Positions 25,438 through 37,359 of a stretch of DNA of 48,456 bases are shown in pieces (the stretch's first letter is position 1; each line of letters begins with the position of its first letter). Source of the stretch: Choristocarpus tenellus KU-1152. Taxonomy: Eukaryota > Protista > Phaeophyceae. The stretch lies in contig CAXNAD020000012.1 in the NCBI GenBank assembly GCA_964200185.2, positions 1-48,456 on the forward strand, read 5' to 3'. Under the pieces are notes generated by a model that was not told where the DNA came from, did no database searches, and saw only the letters and a list, made by a program, of their open reading frames with translations. Made by a program: the position numbers and the translations under genes.

Positions 25438-25815
25438 TGTGTAAAAAAGATTTGTTCGAGTGAATTTATTAGCAGAGTGAGCACCATCCCTCGTGGTTGG
25501 ATGGTGATCTGCCTCGTTATCAATTGCACACGTCAGCAAACACGTCAGAACGTATCTGTCTTTGTCACACTACGTCACTGGTTGTGCGTCACTCGTACTA
25601 AGTCAGTCTTTCTGCATCAATCGTAGCTGCGTCAGTCGTAGCTGCGTCAGTCACTTACATCAAACAAGAAGAAACCAACCCGTCCAAATTCGAACCTATT
25701 ACTCTGGGCGTACAGAAACAACTGACAATTAAGTCACTTAGTCAACATTTCTGTTACATGCTACTGGTTACCAAACACATAAGAAACCTATTAGACTATC
25801 AGCCTATATTGCACA
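25438..25815 (-). mobile_element. Copia LTR copy C, shared LTR of a tandem element (PPT upstream, PBS downstream)
   Basis: On the minus strand gggggag (PPT) precedes TGTGCAA at 25815, and ggttacgagcc (PBS) plus gag follow 25438. Confidence 0.88.
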
Positions 25816-28800
25816 CTCCCCCATGAGCATGCAGCAAAGTTGCTGACAAAAGCTCACTCCCGACGTGAAAGCACGGAATGCACAAAATGAGAAGGCTCTT
25901 GCGCAAAGACTTGGTCAAAATGTCATCAATTGTTTTGATGTACAAAGTTATTCTACGTCGAATAGACTATGGTCCAGGTATTCTCTCTGGTGCACTTCAG
26001 CTTCATGTCCACGTGCTTGGCTCTCCCGTTCAAACCTGTGATGCTGCCTGTCTGAATAGCACCACGGTTGTCACACAAGCAGGGAGTCTGGTCCTGTAGT
26101 ACGCCGATCTCCCCCAGAATGCCTCGAAGGAAAATGCAGTGGCGCATGCAGTATGCCATTGCCGTACACTCTGCCTCCGAGCTGGAGAGGATGACGGTGC
26201 CTTGAAGCTTGGAGCGCCAGGTGATCGGAGATCTGTTGAACAAAAGTAGGTAACCTGTGACGCTTCTACGTGTTTGGGAGTCGCTGCCCCAGTCGGAATC
26301 CCCATACTCCATCAAGACCTCTCCGTCCCCTCCGTTCATATCTTTACTCCCTCCCTCAACGATAGTCAATGCAGACGTCCAGTGTCCTTGCTACATAGCG
26401 CAGAACATGTTGCAGTCCGCGCCAATGCCGCATGCATTGAGAGGCTGCCCTGCGCCCCAGTTCACGAACGCTGTTGGCCAGGTTCGGGCGTCTCATGCCT
26501 GGTAGAAACATGAATTGGCCGAGGATGCTGGCGTAGGAGTATTGGGTGGGATTCAGTTCTTCCCCGTTGTCATGCCTGGCAGAGAGGTCCATGCCGGGGT
26601 CGAGTGATGTGGGTGTGTGCCGCACTTCCGTGGAGCCCACCACACCCATGAAAATGCTCTGTCATTCCTTCTCCATGGCCTCCTGACACTGCTCTGCATC
26701 TGGCCCCCTCAGGGCCTCCTTTGTTGTAGATGGCTCGTCTGCACCTGTTGCCACTTCCCTCATGAGACCCATAAGGCAGTACACATCGTTGTTGTTCCGC
26801 TGTATGAGGGTTAATATGAAGTAGTTCATGTCCGTTGTCGCCCTCCTCCAGGTCGGTCGTATAGCTAGGATGTGTAGTCCACCCTCTGGCGCTGCTCCAG
26901 CCGGGAAGATGCCCGCTGTCCAGAGTGTGGGGCCAGGCGCTTGGCTGCTATCTGCGCTGCCCTATCCATGCGCTGGCGTCGTCTCATTCTGGGAAAAGCC
27001 TGTTGACCTTAGTGGGTTGCTACGCGCTTTGCATCTTGAGTCCCACGCCTAGTGCTTCCACCCGTGTGCCCAGCCGTGTGTGCCACGCCCCTTGTTGCGT
27101 ACACCTCCTCTTCGCCTTCGCCATCGATGTTCATGGCGTCGTCGTGCTCCGACTCCCCCAGAATATCAACCTCGGAGGTCACCAGCTTACGTTCCTGTGG
27201 GATCCAAACGTGCCAGCCCAGGGACGGCCTGTCGTACCCGACCAGGATCCCCCGCTTTGCGTACGGATGGAACTTGGCGTTGGCGCTGCGCTGTTGCTTG
27301 GTCCGATGCACGAAGCACTCCGTCCCGAACACACGGAGCCGCTTGTAGTTGAACGGTTTGCTGGTCTGGGGCTCGCATGGTGTCTCGCCGCCCAGGTACT
27401 TGTGTAGCATGCCTGTGGTCTTGTATGCGGTTTCCCCCACCGCGAAGAACCAGAACTCCTACCCCAGTCCAGCCTGGATCAGCTGGCTGCGCGCCGCTTG
27501 CATCACCTGTTTAATTGCCTGCTCAACAATCCCGTTACTCTGGGGCATGCGTGGAGGGATCTTGCGACATTTCACGCCCTGTTCTGTCAGCTTGCGCTGG
27601 AACCTTACACTCCTCCCAAATTCACCAGCGCCATTTACGACTGGCCTCGTCCACGAACACCTGAAAGTACTTCATGCCCTTCACGTCCGGGTCGAAGAGT
27701 GCCTTCAGGTCTGTATGCACCACCTCCCCCACCGTCTTGGGGCTGCGGCCGCCCTGTGTGTAACTGAGTGCCTCGGACTTGCACTCCTTTCATACCTGGC
27801 ATTGGAGTTTTGAGGCGACCGTGGCATCTGCGATGTCCAGGAGGCCGTATTTCTCCAGGTGCTTGATCACGAATAGGTTGAGGTAACCCATGATGTTGTG
27901 CCAGTCGGAGAGGAAGAGGCGCTGCTGCTTATTGGTGTAGCTAGCATTGACCGTTGCCTTAACCTTTTCCCCCTGTTTTAGGTGAAACTGGCCGCGCAGC
28001 ATCAGGAAGGCTCCCTTCTCCTCCAGATGGATCTTGGCTGACCCCTTGTTTGGCTCTTGTGCAAAAAAGAGCTGTTCGAATAGAGTTTTTGCTTCATGTT
28101 ATATGAATGAATTTATTAGCGAAGTGAGCTCCATCCCCTGAGGTCGGGGGGTGCTCTGCCTCGTTATCTATTGTGCACGTTGGCAGACACGCTAGAATGT
28201 GTCTGTCAGTCGCGCTATGTCACTCGTTCTGCATCACTAGTACTAAGTTGGCAGACACGCCAGAATGTGTCTGTGTCAGTCACACTACGTCACTTGTTCT
28301 GCATCACTAGTACTAAGTTGGCAGACACGCCAGAATGTGTCTGTGTCAGTCACACTACGTCACTTGTTCTGCATCACTAGTACTACGTCAGTTATTCTGC
28401 GTTAGTCGTAGCTACGTCAGTCGTTCTGTGTCGGCCACTTACATTAACCAAGAAACCAAACCGTCGAGATTCGAACCTACTACTCTGGGCGTATAGAAAC
28501 AAATGATTGACAGTTGAGCCATTCAGCTAACATTTTTGTTACATAATACTGGTTACCAAACACATAAGAAACCTATAAACTACAAGCCTATATTTATATT
28601 GCACAGCTCCTCCTGATCCCTGAGTCCACGAACTCACCTCCCCTGCGCCGCACACTGCCTGTGCTGAGAAGCCTGCATGGTAGACCCGGTACCCAGAGCA
28701 CATCCTGAAGCACAATCGTGGTCGGTGTGCCTGTCTCATCAGTTGCCTCCAGGACCATCTGGCTACTTGCTTGTGCGTCCTGTGTATCCTTGTTTCCGAA

Positions 28801-29896
28801 AGTGCAGATTCGGGTGATAGCTGTTGCTGGAGTGAGGTCCTCCAGTCGGGGGGGAGTGAGGTGCACGTTTGCACCCGAGTCGCACAGGAAGGTGATGGTC
28901 TTGGACAGATCTTGAGATGAAGCCAGGAGCGCTGTCTCGACCATACTGTTGTACAAATCCTCCCCAACAGACACATTCATGGCCAGGAACGCCCGCGATG
29001 AGCCCTGGTCATCAGCCTTGCCGCAGCCTCCGCCACCGCTGCTCTGGTCCCTGGCTGGAGGCGGTGGAAACTTGCGCGCCGCCCCAAGCCAGCGTGGGGG
29101 CGCTTAGCAGGAGGTTTGCCGACCAGGGAAGAGTGGCACTCCTTCCACCTGTGGTTGTGTTTGATAGAAAAAGCACATTGGTTCTCACCAAGGCCGCTCC
29201 TGGACCCCTGTCTCCCTATTGGTGTCCCTTCACCGATGTGGAGCACCATAGCCCCCGAGCTCCTGGTCGTCTCCCCTGTGACCTCCGTCATGATGTACGT
29301 AGACAATGACTGTCTTGAGGTGGTCGTATGTGAGGTCCAGTGCTGTCGACAGCTACGCGAACACCTGTGGCATGCTGTCCCTGATGCCGATGAACAGAAA
29401 GAGCCCCTTCTTGGCGTGGTCCTCCTTGGCCACCTCCAGCTGCTTGTACTCCGTCCAGACGTGATCGAGACGGATGACGAAATCGGCAGCATCCTCCACC
29501 GATGAGCAGTACATGTCCCGCAGCTTCATTTCGGGAGCCTCGTAGATTTGTTCCAGCTTGAGCCAGGCTGACCTCCCATCAGGGCTGCGGTTTTTTACGT
29601 GAGTGCTGACCACCATTGCATTGACCCCCCTCGTCGTCTGGCCCAGCAGGAACCACAAGGCGTTGCAATGCTTGATGTATTCGTCGTATGCACTGCGGTC
29701 CCCTAACGATGTATCCACCGTCGAAGATGCAGGGATGTGGTACGCTGGTTGGAGGATGCAGCACAGTCCCTTGCTGCCCGCATAGCTCACAAGCGCCATC
29801 CGCCATTCTGCCCACTTCTCCCTTGTATGCCCTCGCGTGCCAGTCTATAGTGGCAGCTTACTTGGGTCCACTTCCATACCTGTGAGACTCATAACC
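25816..29896 (-). mobile_element. Near-full-length but defective Ty1/copia internal region (gag-PR-IN-RT-RH) between LTR E and LTR C
   Basis: gag ATG at 29877; protease TITFLCDSGANVHL (~28880); WHNIMGYLN..CQV; integrase core and YKRLRVFGTECFVH..AKRGILVGYD; RT largely deleted at ~26660 relative to the plus copy (~19368-20013 missing); RNase H YGDSDWG..SSSEAE..CDNRGAI..AKHVD. Order PR-IN-RT-RH indicates copia. Confidence 0.92.
28058..28605 (-). mobile_element. Copia solo LTR copy D inserted into the pol of its own family
   Basis: Full LTR flanked by gctct (28053-28057) and gctcc (28606-28610), a 4/5 TSD. Interrupts the GIRRS..NKG segment that is contiguous at ~23620-23660. Contains a ~70-bp unit x3 (28180-28385). 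Confidence 0.88.
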
Positions 29897-30268
29897 TGTG
29901 CAAGAGAGCTGTTCGAATGGAGTATTGCTTTATGTGGTATGGATGAATTAATTAGGGGAGCGAGCACCACCCCTCGAGGGGGGGGAGTGCCCTGCCTCGT
30001 TACCTACTGCGCACGTCAGCAGACACGTCAGAAGGTGTCTGTGTCAGTCGCACTGCGTCACTCGTTCTGCGTCACTCGTTCTGCGTCATCCACTTGTAGC
30101 AAACCAAAAAGAAGCAAACGAGCCCGTCCAGACTCAAACCCATGACTCCAGCCGTGCAGAGGTAAGTAAGTAAGTGGCTGACAATTAAGGCACTCAGCTA
30201 ACAGCTTTGTTACATGCTAGTCCTTTTAAAACCTTACGAAGTTACAGACTACCAGCCTATATTGCACA
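29897..30268 (-). mobile_element. Copia LTR copy E (5' LTR)
   Basis: TGTGCAA/TTGCACA termini; PBS ggttatgagtc and gag follow. Confidence 0.88.
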
Positions 30269-30743
30269 ATCCCCTCTTCCTCCACCTTTCCTACTAAGCT
30301 CTCCCCCTCACTCTCCATCTCATTATGTCTGACTTTGAAAGAAAATTTCATCTGGAATTTGTGGTAACGAGCTTCGGCAAACCCTATCCTTTTTGGATCT
30401 GTCCAAAGTGTTTGGGTTCCTCCTGGATGTAGTTTGAACTCTCCCCAGTTCGCCAATCACTGAAGTCCTCCACTGTATCCTCTTCACTCTTAGCTCTCTC
30501 TCCTTAATTTCCTCGTTTACAGTGCATTTACCTAATCGTCTCGTTTTCCTCCTCCTCACAATCATAATCACCATCCAGATGGTCGCTTTCTCCAACCATT
30601 CAATAAACCATCTTGACTGACTGTCCTCCAAATCGTCTACATCCCTTTCCTGATTCTCCTCCCCTCCCATTCTCTCCCGTTTGATCGTTTTGGGGCACTA
30701 GCTCATCCTTGCCTTCCACACCTTGACCTTCACGACTTCAACC
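30269..30743 (-). mobile_element. Probable non-LTR (LINE) ORF2 linker remnant
   Basis: Purine-rich minus strand encoding ..NEEIKERELRVKR..WGEFK..SRRNPNTLDRSKK, resembling the endonuclease-RT linker of LINEs. No catalytic motif is visible. Confidence 0.35.
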
Positions 30744-31103
30744 TGTGCAATACAATATAGGCTGGTAGTCTGTAGATTCATAAGGTTTTTGGTAGCGAAT
30801 TATATGTAATAAAGCTGTTATCTGATCCGTTTTATGGTCGATCGATTGTATTGGCTTGAGTCATGGGTTTGAGTCTCGACGGGCTCGTTGGTTTATTTTT
30901 GGTTTGCTACAAATGGCTGACGCAGCTACGGCTGATGCAGTGCGACTGACACAGACACGTTCTGACGTGTCTGACGTGTCTGCTGAGGTGCGCAGTAGGT
31001 AACGAGGCAGGGCACCCCCTCCCCTTCGAGGGATGGTGCTCACTCCGCTAATTAATTAATCCATACTACATAAAGCAAAAATCTATTCTAACTGTTTTGC
31101 ACC
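30744..31103 (+). mobile_element. Copia solo LTR copy F
   Basis: LTR body flanked by a perfect 5-bp TSD CAACC (30739-30743, 31104-31108); no PBS or PPT. Confidence 0.9.
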
Positions 31104-32811
31104 CAACCCACAACCACTGTTCATGGAAGTTGCCCACACTCTTTAGGTTTTACGAGTTTTGAGAAAGGGTGATTGCATTTCACACATTCAGGATTATGAT
31201 CTATACTTAGCATGGTACAGGTCATGACCAATTCCCTGATTGGGCATTCAAGTTGGAGATTGCGTTTTGATGGGTGTTCGGGGTTTTGTTGAGGACCCCA
31301 TCGTCATGATTCATAATAATGCATGTGGTGTCGCTGGTCTCTGAGCAGGAATATTCGAAATGCAGATAAGGGTAGGAAATGATAATGTTTGTGTAAGTTT
31401 GATGTGCTGACATCAGATTCATCATACTTGCTCTCCTCAACACCTATCCTCGTCTAAATCTTTATCTGCCTCTCTGAAACTGTTCCCCACTCCACTCAAT
31501 CCTTTCAATTCGAAGATTTGAGCTTGGGTCGTGAATCTTTCTGTAATTTCCTTTGGGATGGATATAGATCTATACATTTAAGGTCACAACCCAATTTCAG
31601 TGCTCTGAACCAACCTTGGAGGTTTGCCAACAACCCTTCCAATGGAAGTCTTGGTGATAGAGGCCTTGATGCGTCGCAAGTGGCAAGTTTTGCCACGGCC
31701 ACCTCCATATCTCAACACAACCTTCAGTTTGAGGAAGGAGAAATTATCTGCATTTTGAACTGAGTTGGAGAACGTCAATTGTTGCAATTGTGGCCCCTAA
31801 AAAAAATCTCAATGGACAACGTTGTAGACGCAGAACGAGGTTTTCGTACATAAGCCATTAGTGCTGGCATTAAGAGATTTTTCTTTTTTGAGTTTGTCTG
31901 AACTGAAACCGCTTACTCTCAATAAACCAAATCAACCTAAATGTAAGGATAAACCGCAAGCCTTCTGAAGGGAGAGATCTTGTACCCCTCTACCAACTGT
32001 GGTTAGAATATCTTCAAACTCAAATGAATTCTTGAGACTTGTGGTTATGTGTGATTATAGGATGAAGCTCAACACGCTAGAATTGACCGCAAGGACTGAG
32101 TTGGGAACTAGATTATGCGCATCCAGGAAGATGTCAGCAGCGACATTACAATTGAAGAACAAGTGTATTATCAGGGAAAGAGGCTTGTCAACGGTGTACA
32201 GGGAGGTTTCAAGTAGGAAAAATGTTTTCAGGTGGGTAGCAATGGCCAATTATCGAAATATGACCTCGTATGTATATATCTCTGTCTTGGACTCCTGGAC
32301 AGCGTAGAAGGTGCGAGCCTACATGAGCGAATGATAGGTGTGCATGAAGAGAAATCTACCAAAATGGTCAATCACAGGGCCTGTATTCATCGTGTGTCCA
32401 CCCTGAAGATAGGTATCTTGTGGGTTTTGACTTGTAGGTGTATTGAAACCCATCAGTGGCAAGAAACCGCTTGAGGGAGGAGTTTATTGGAAACTTTATA
32501 AAAGTGAGGGAGTTGGCAACTGATTAAAACCTAGATTGGGAGAGTTTGAGGCCCAATAACATAAACTCGCCAACATGGGGAACGCAGCCACTACCTGCGA
32601 TCAGTCCATTTCATGAGCGAGGTGTTAGAAACTACTTGGACAATTGTCATCTACATGAGTTTAACTGTATCAAAGCTGGGAACGTGGGCAACTCAAATTA
32701 TAATCTGGGGCGAATCTGGGGCGATCTTTCCAGCTCTGTAACCCATGGAACTTAGGACAGGCTAGGTGGTTGGGGAGGTAAAAACGTCATCATGAGATCA
32801 AGAACCCTACT

Positions 32812-32998
32812 GGCTCAAAGTATCTGATCTGGGGGGGGGTGGCGGCTCTTAATTTGGATCAATTTTTTCATGTCACGATTTTTGGGTGATTTGATTCCAT
32901 ACGTCGGATGGATAATGGAAGTGCACTTTTCCTGGTTATGGTCTAAGTGGACAGACACCCTGGTGTAGACCTCCCCCCCCCCCCAGATACTTTGGGTC
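32812..32998. mobile_element. PIF/Harbinger-like MITE, family 2
   Basis: TIRs ggctcaaagtatctg / cagatactttgggtc with inner G/C runs; 3-bp TSD ACT (32809-32811, 32999-33001). A second copy starts at 48351. Confidence 0.8.
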
Positions 32999-35900
32999 AC
33001 TAGAAGAAGCAAAAACTCTTGCACATTTGAGCGTGTTGTGGTTTCGTACATAGGTTAAATATGGATGGTTTGGTCATACATCTTTCAATTGGCCAAGAAG
33101 TGTTTGTGTAACACACACACGCTGGCAGGATTGGGTGATGATCCAGTTAAGGTCACAAGGGATATGAAATTCATTGATTCCTGCGATAAATTTGGTAAGA
33201 AAGTCCAGAAGGCCACTGAGTGTCCATCAGCTATCATGGTAGACTCCCTCCTTCACATATGATAGTACCAAAAACAGCTCAAGTTTGGTTGCAGCAATCA
33301 AGCGGTGGTATAGTTTGCTCGAGACAGCAGCAGCGGTGTGGAGTTGGTTCCCAACATCACCAGGATTGTGGAGTTGGTTCCTGACAGCATCAGCTGTGTG
33401 TATGTAGGCAGTGAAGCTTCCTCTAACCGAAGGGGAGGGAGACCCTTGTCATTTGGGTGCAGCTCAAGGCACCCGCAGTCAAGAAGGACGTAAATCCCTC
33501 TCCCGTTTAACTTTTGGAAGAGTGCGGTTCCCTCTGGCACCACTGGCCGGGCTGTGTATACTGATCTGATCGGTGGTTCTGAGGGCATGGCATTTCATGA
33601 ATCTCAACCCTAAGTATCTCTGCTCCCTCTAAATCCTGTCTCTTAAGGAATGGACTAGCATACCTCTAGGAACCTTCAGAGTGTCAAGGAGGGCGATTAT
33701 TTTGGATGGAGTCAGCTACAACAGGTGACCACCATGTGAACCACATGTCTGGTCGTCTTTTGGCTTTGAATGTATCTACCAATGCTGATTTTGCCCAGGT
33801 ACATCTGTCTTTTACCTCAAAATGTGCGTGTGCCGATTGCTACCTCACATTTTTTCAGGGTCAGATGATTCAAATGTTTTTTCTGGTTTGGTAAATTTGG
33901 TCTGCATGATGTGAGAGAATGACATCTGTGAACAGTCTGTGCAGAGATGCACTGTGGTAGAAGTTCGTGTCATGCTGAAATGCAAATTCGGAGGAACGAA
34001 AGTCAATTTGTCAGATACATAATTAATCAACTAGGAAATTCATCAACATTAAGAGGGTTCACTCCTAAAGACTAGAGATGCTGCAAGCCTTACGAGGGAT
34101 GGATTCCTTGCAAGTCGAGTGATCCTTTGGTTACAAGTGGTCATAACGTAGCGTATACTCCTACAATGTGTGTTTGGAATTGCAAAATGATCAGGTGGTA
34201 GGACCGCAAAATGAAACAAAGAATAGGAACAGGGGAAAGAAATGGATTGAAAACCCGTTTCCTTGGAGGAAACCTTTTTGAGATGGTGAAATGTTCTCAA
34301 ATCTTTGATTTTACACCTATTTCCTTTAAAATATATACATTTGAAGGGCCCTCTGCGTTTAAGAGAACATGTGCCAGGCATGAACCAAAATTTGTGTCTC
34401 GTCTTAGACGGGATGTGCCCCTCCCTCATATAAAACATCCGGCTTGCCCTATTTCCGTACCTATATCGAAAATGAGGAAAAATTAAGACTACTCAAAAGT
34501 TACCTCATTCTCGACTTGTCTTTGTTCGTAACCAATGATCCTTGGAAAATTCCATATTACTAACATTTTGACCTATTCCTTTCACAGCTCCAAAATATCT
34601 ATTGCAAAGTACCTCCTGAACAAGAAAAGACTGTTCGAATGAAGTACTTTCTTATAGTGGTTACTGCAGAGGTCTGAAATCGGACTAGATCAGATGGAAG
34701 TACCCCAGACTCAATGAATGCCCCCTTACCCAAGGACTGGCAACAAAAGAATGTCCCCAACCTTGAAACCAAGTTGCGAGAGAACCCTTGCTGAAACTTG
34801 GAAAGGACCCTCCTACATCCCATAAACTTTGATAAGTTATGAATATACACAAAGAAACCACTTTCATCAAGCTCACTCATCGAATGTCTGGGATAACTGG
34901 AGTCACCAGATACTTGTCCATGATTCTTTTCCACCATCTAATCCTTGTCCTACTCCCCATCCTCCTAATCAAGAATATCTGAACTTGTCCCAGCCCCACC
35001 CACTGCGTGCTTATTGCTTAAAGTTGACACATGTCTTACAGGTGGATAGTTGAATATTTACCTACGCAGATCTTCCACATCACCAGGATGGAGGTTTGTG
35101 TACAGGGTGTAATAGACCACAAGTATCCTTGTTGTACGGTATATGTGTTGTAAATTCTGATTTGGATCGTCCCTTGGCCTTTTTCTTCTCCTTGCACTTA
35201 ACGTTTTGGGCTTGGAGAAATCCGTCTCCTTAGTTTCCTTCTTCTTGGTCTGGTCCTTTACACTTTGGAAGATCTTTGAGAACTGCAGCTCAGGGGATAT
35301 AAATGCATCTCCAGGTTGATGAAACGCATAGTCTTGCTTCACTGTATCCCCCTCTGCCACCCCACTTATCCTCCTAGATCCAACTCCCACTCTGATATTC
35401 ATCTTTATTTTGTTCAACTTGTGTGGTTATTGTATCTCAACTCCTGACCCCATCACAGATGCTGATGCAACAGAGACACAACACAGGTATCCCTGACCTT
35501 TCATAATTTCTCCAGGACTCAAGTGGTGAAATGAAAAAACACTGGAATGGAGGGAGGGATGGGATTGACCTGGAGAAGGAAGAGGCAAACCTTTTCATGA
35601 TGAGACTAGCAGCACACCTGCCATCTTTAACACCAATTCTTTCATCCATAAATAAAACCCTTAAGTCACCCATATCTTAACCACAATATGGTGGGCAATT
35701 AAGATTTGGGATGTTGTAAGTAATTTTTAAAGGTTCCTTTCACGACAGATCAGGACGTTTGACTGCAACCACATGCCTTCATGTGTACAGTCTATCAGTA
35801 ATGTTGTGAACTGCAATGAATTAATTGAGAGATGGATATTTTTCTACTTTCACTAGCACCAGAGGGCACAGTTGGGTCATGCTCACCATGACTACATTCC

Positions 35901-37359
35901 CTGATACCATGCTTAAACATGGCTATGAGTGTGCCTCAAATAAACCTTCGCAAGACTTTGGGATCCATCTGTCTGATAAACCTTTCCACAACACTTCCTT
36001 CAACCACATATTTTTCCAACATATCAGTTTTAGTGCTATCCTAGATAGGACATGGGATGGTTTGCTGTGTACCAGCTTAAAGGTCTTTGGACTCAGGTTG
36101 GAGGTTTCGTAAGTATAATTGCTTAAGGAATTTTGCATAGTTGAACTTGACTGTGTAAGGTACCCATAATCGCTAATCGAACTAACATATATCACAAGTC
36201 CAATGAGGCTAAGGGGAATGTCCCGCAGTGGTTGATCAAGTTTTGTAGTTAGAGTTAGTTGTCTACAGCACATAAACAAATGAAATCTAATCTATTTTTT
36301 AATCCTCCAGCAAAGTCCCCTCACCTTTGAGGTGGGCTTTCAGACTCATAACCCCTTGTGCACTTCTGTGCTTTGATTCAATCAAGCAAATCAAACATTT
36401 GAAGCCAGTTTCCAGTTTAATGTGGACTCACAAATTATTTTGATGCAAAACACTACATACTAAAAATATATGGTGCATCATTTGGACTTCACACATTAAA
36501 AGTTGGACCAGGACTCTGTAGCTTTCTAAAATAACATGGAAAATCTCAGAGCAATACACTAGCACCATAGGACTCGTTAGGCTTCCCATTAAACGTTTAA
36601 GTGGGTCCCGAGGCTGTACATCCTGTCTCACATCCACCTCTATCCTTTTATCACTCTGCCAGGAGTTGTACATAATGTGTCATCAGAAGAAAGTAGTGCC
36701 TTGCATTGAACTGCGATATATGAGTAGGGCTTGAAGGAGACAACCATTTCCATTTGTAAATCAACTTCTGAAAGCCAAAAACAAAAAAAATTGATATGTA
36801 CAATATGAGTAGTATGGACATATTGACCCACATATGAATTCCTGATGTGCATGCACTTGCCAACAGCACGACAGCACATGGTGACTGATTCAGGGCCTGC
36901 ATGTTGTATGTTACTTGAATTGGGTAAGCTAAGCTTCTAAATTCTAATTTTTCCACATTGCAAGTTCCTTTCCTTGAAACTCCTGATTGCTACTAGCATA
37001 TGTTATGTTCCTGTGTTAATGACAGTAGTGCTAATGATCTGATACAAAGCACCTCAGTGTCAAACTTTTCATGGGAAAAAGAACGGGTCCAACTTGTGTG
37101 TAAACTTACATAACATATACTCAAGTAGCTCGGAAAATGGAAAGGAACTTGAAAAAAAAAACGCAATAAATCAACAGACGATAGCTGTCCCACATAGCGC
37201 TGACTTGGTTTGCCTTTTCATAAATTAAAGCCACACCACACTGTGCATGGTGGTTGGCGGCTTTGCCAGAGTTTATTATTCACATAAGAATCCCTTCCTT
37301 ATTACTGGACTTCAGAAGAGAAACGTATTCCATGTGTTTCATCTCACTACATATGAGCT

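Noticed and set aside
28455-28536. Functional tRNA gene in the LTR
   Set aside because: A and B boxes are present, but acceptor, anticodon and T stems do not pair properly and the middle varies among copies. Treated as a tRNA-like cassette only.
33690-34045. Bunyavirus-like RdRp motif A (DRCTWAKS) and pre-motif
   Set aside because: The resemblance is weak and I found no motif B or SDD/GDN motif at the expected spacing. Kept only as an unidentified coding relic.
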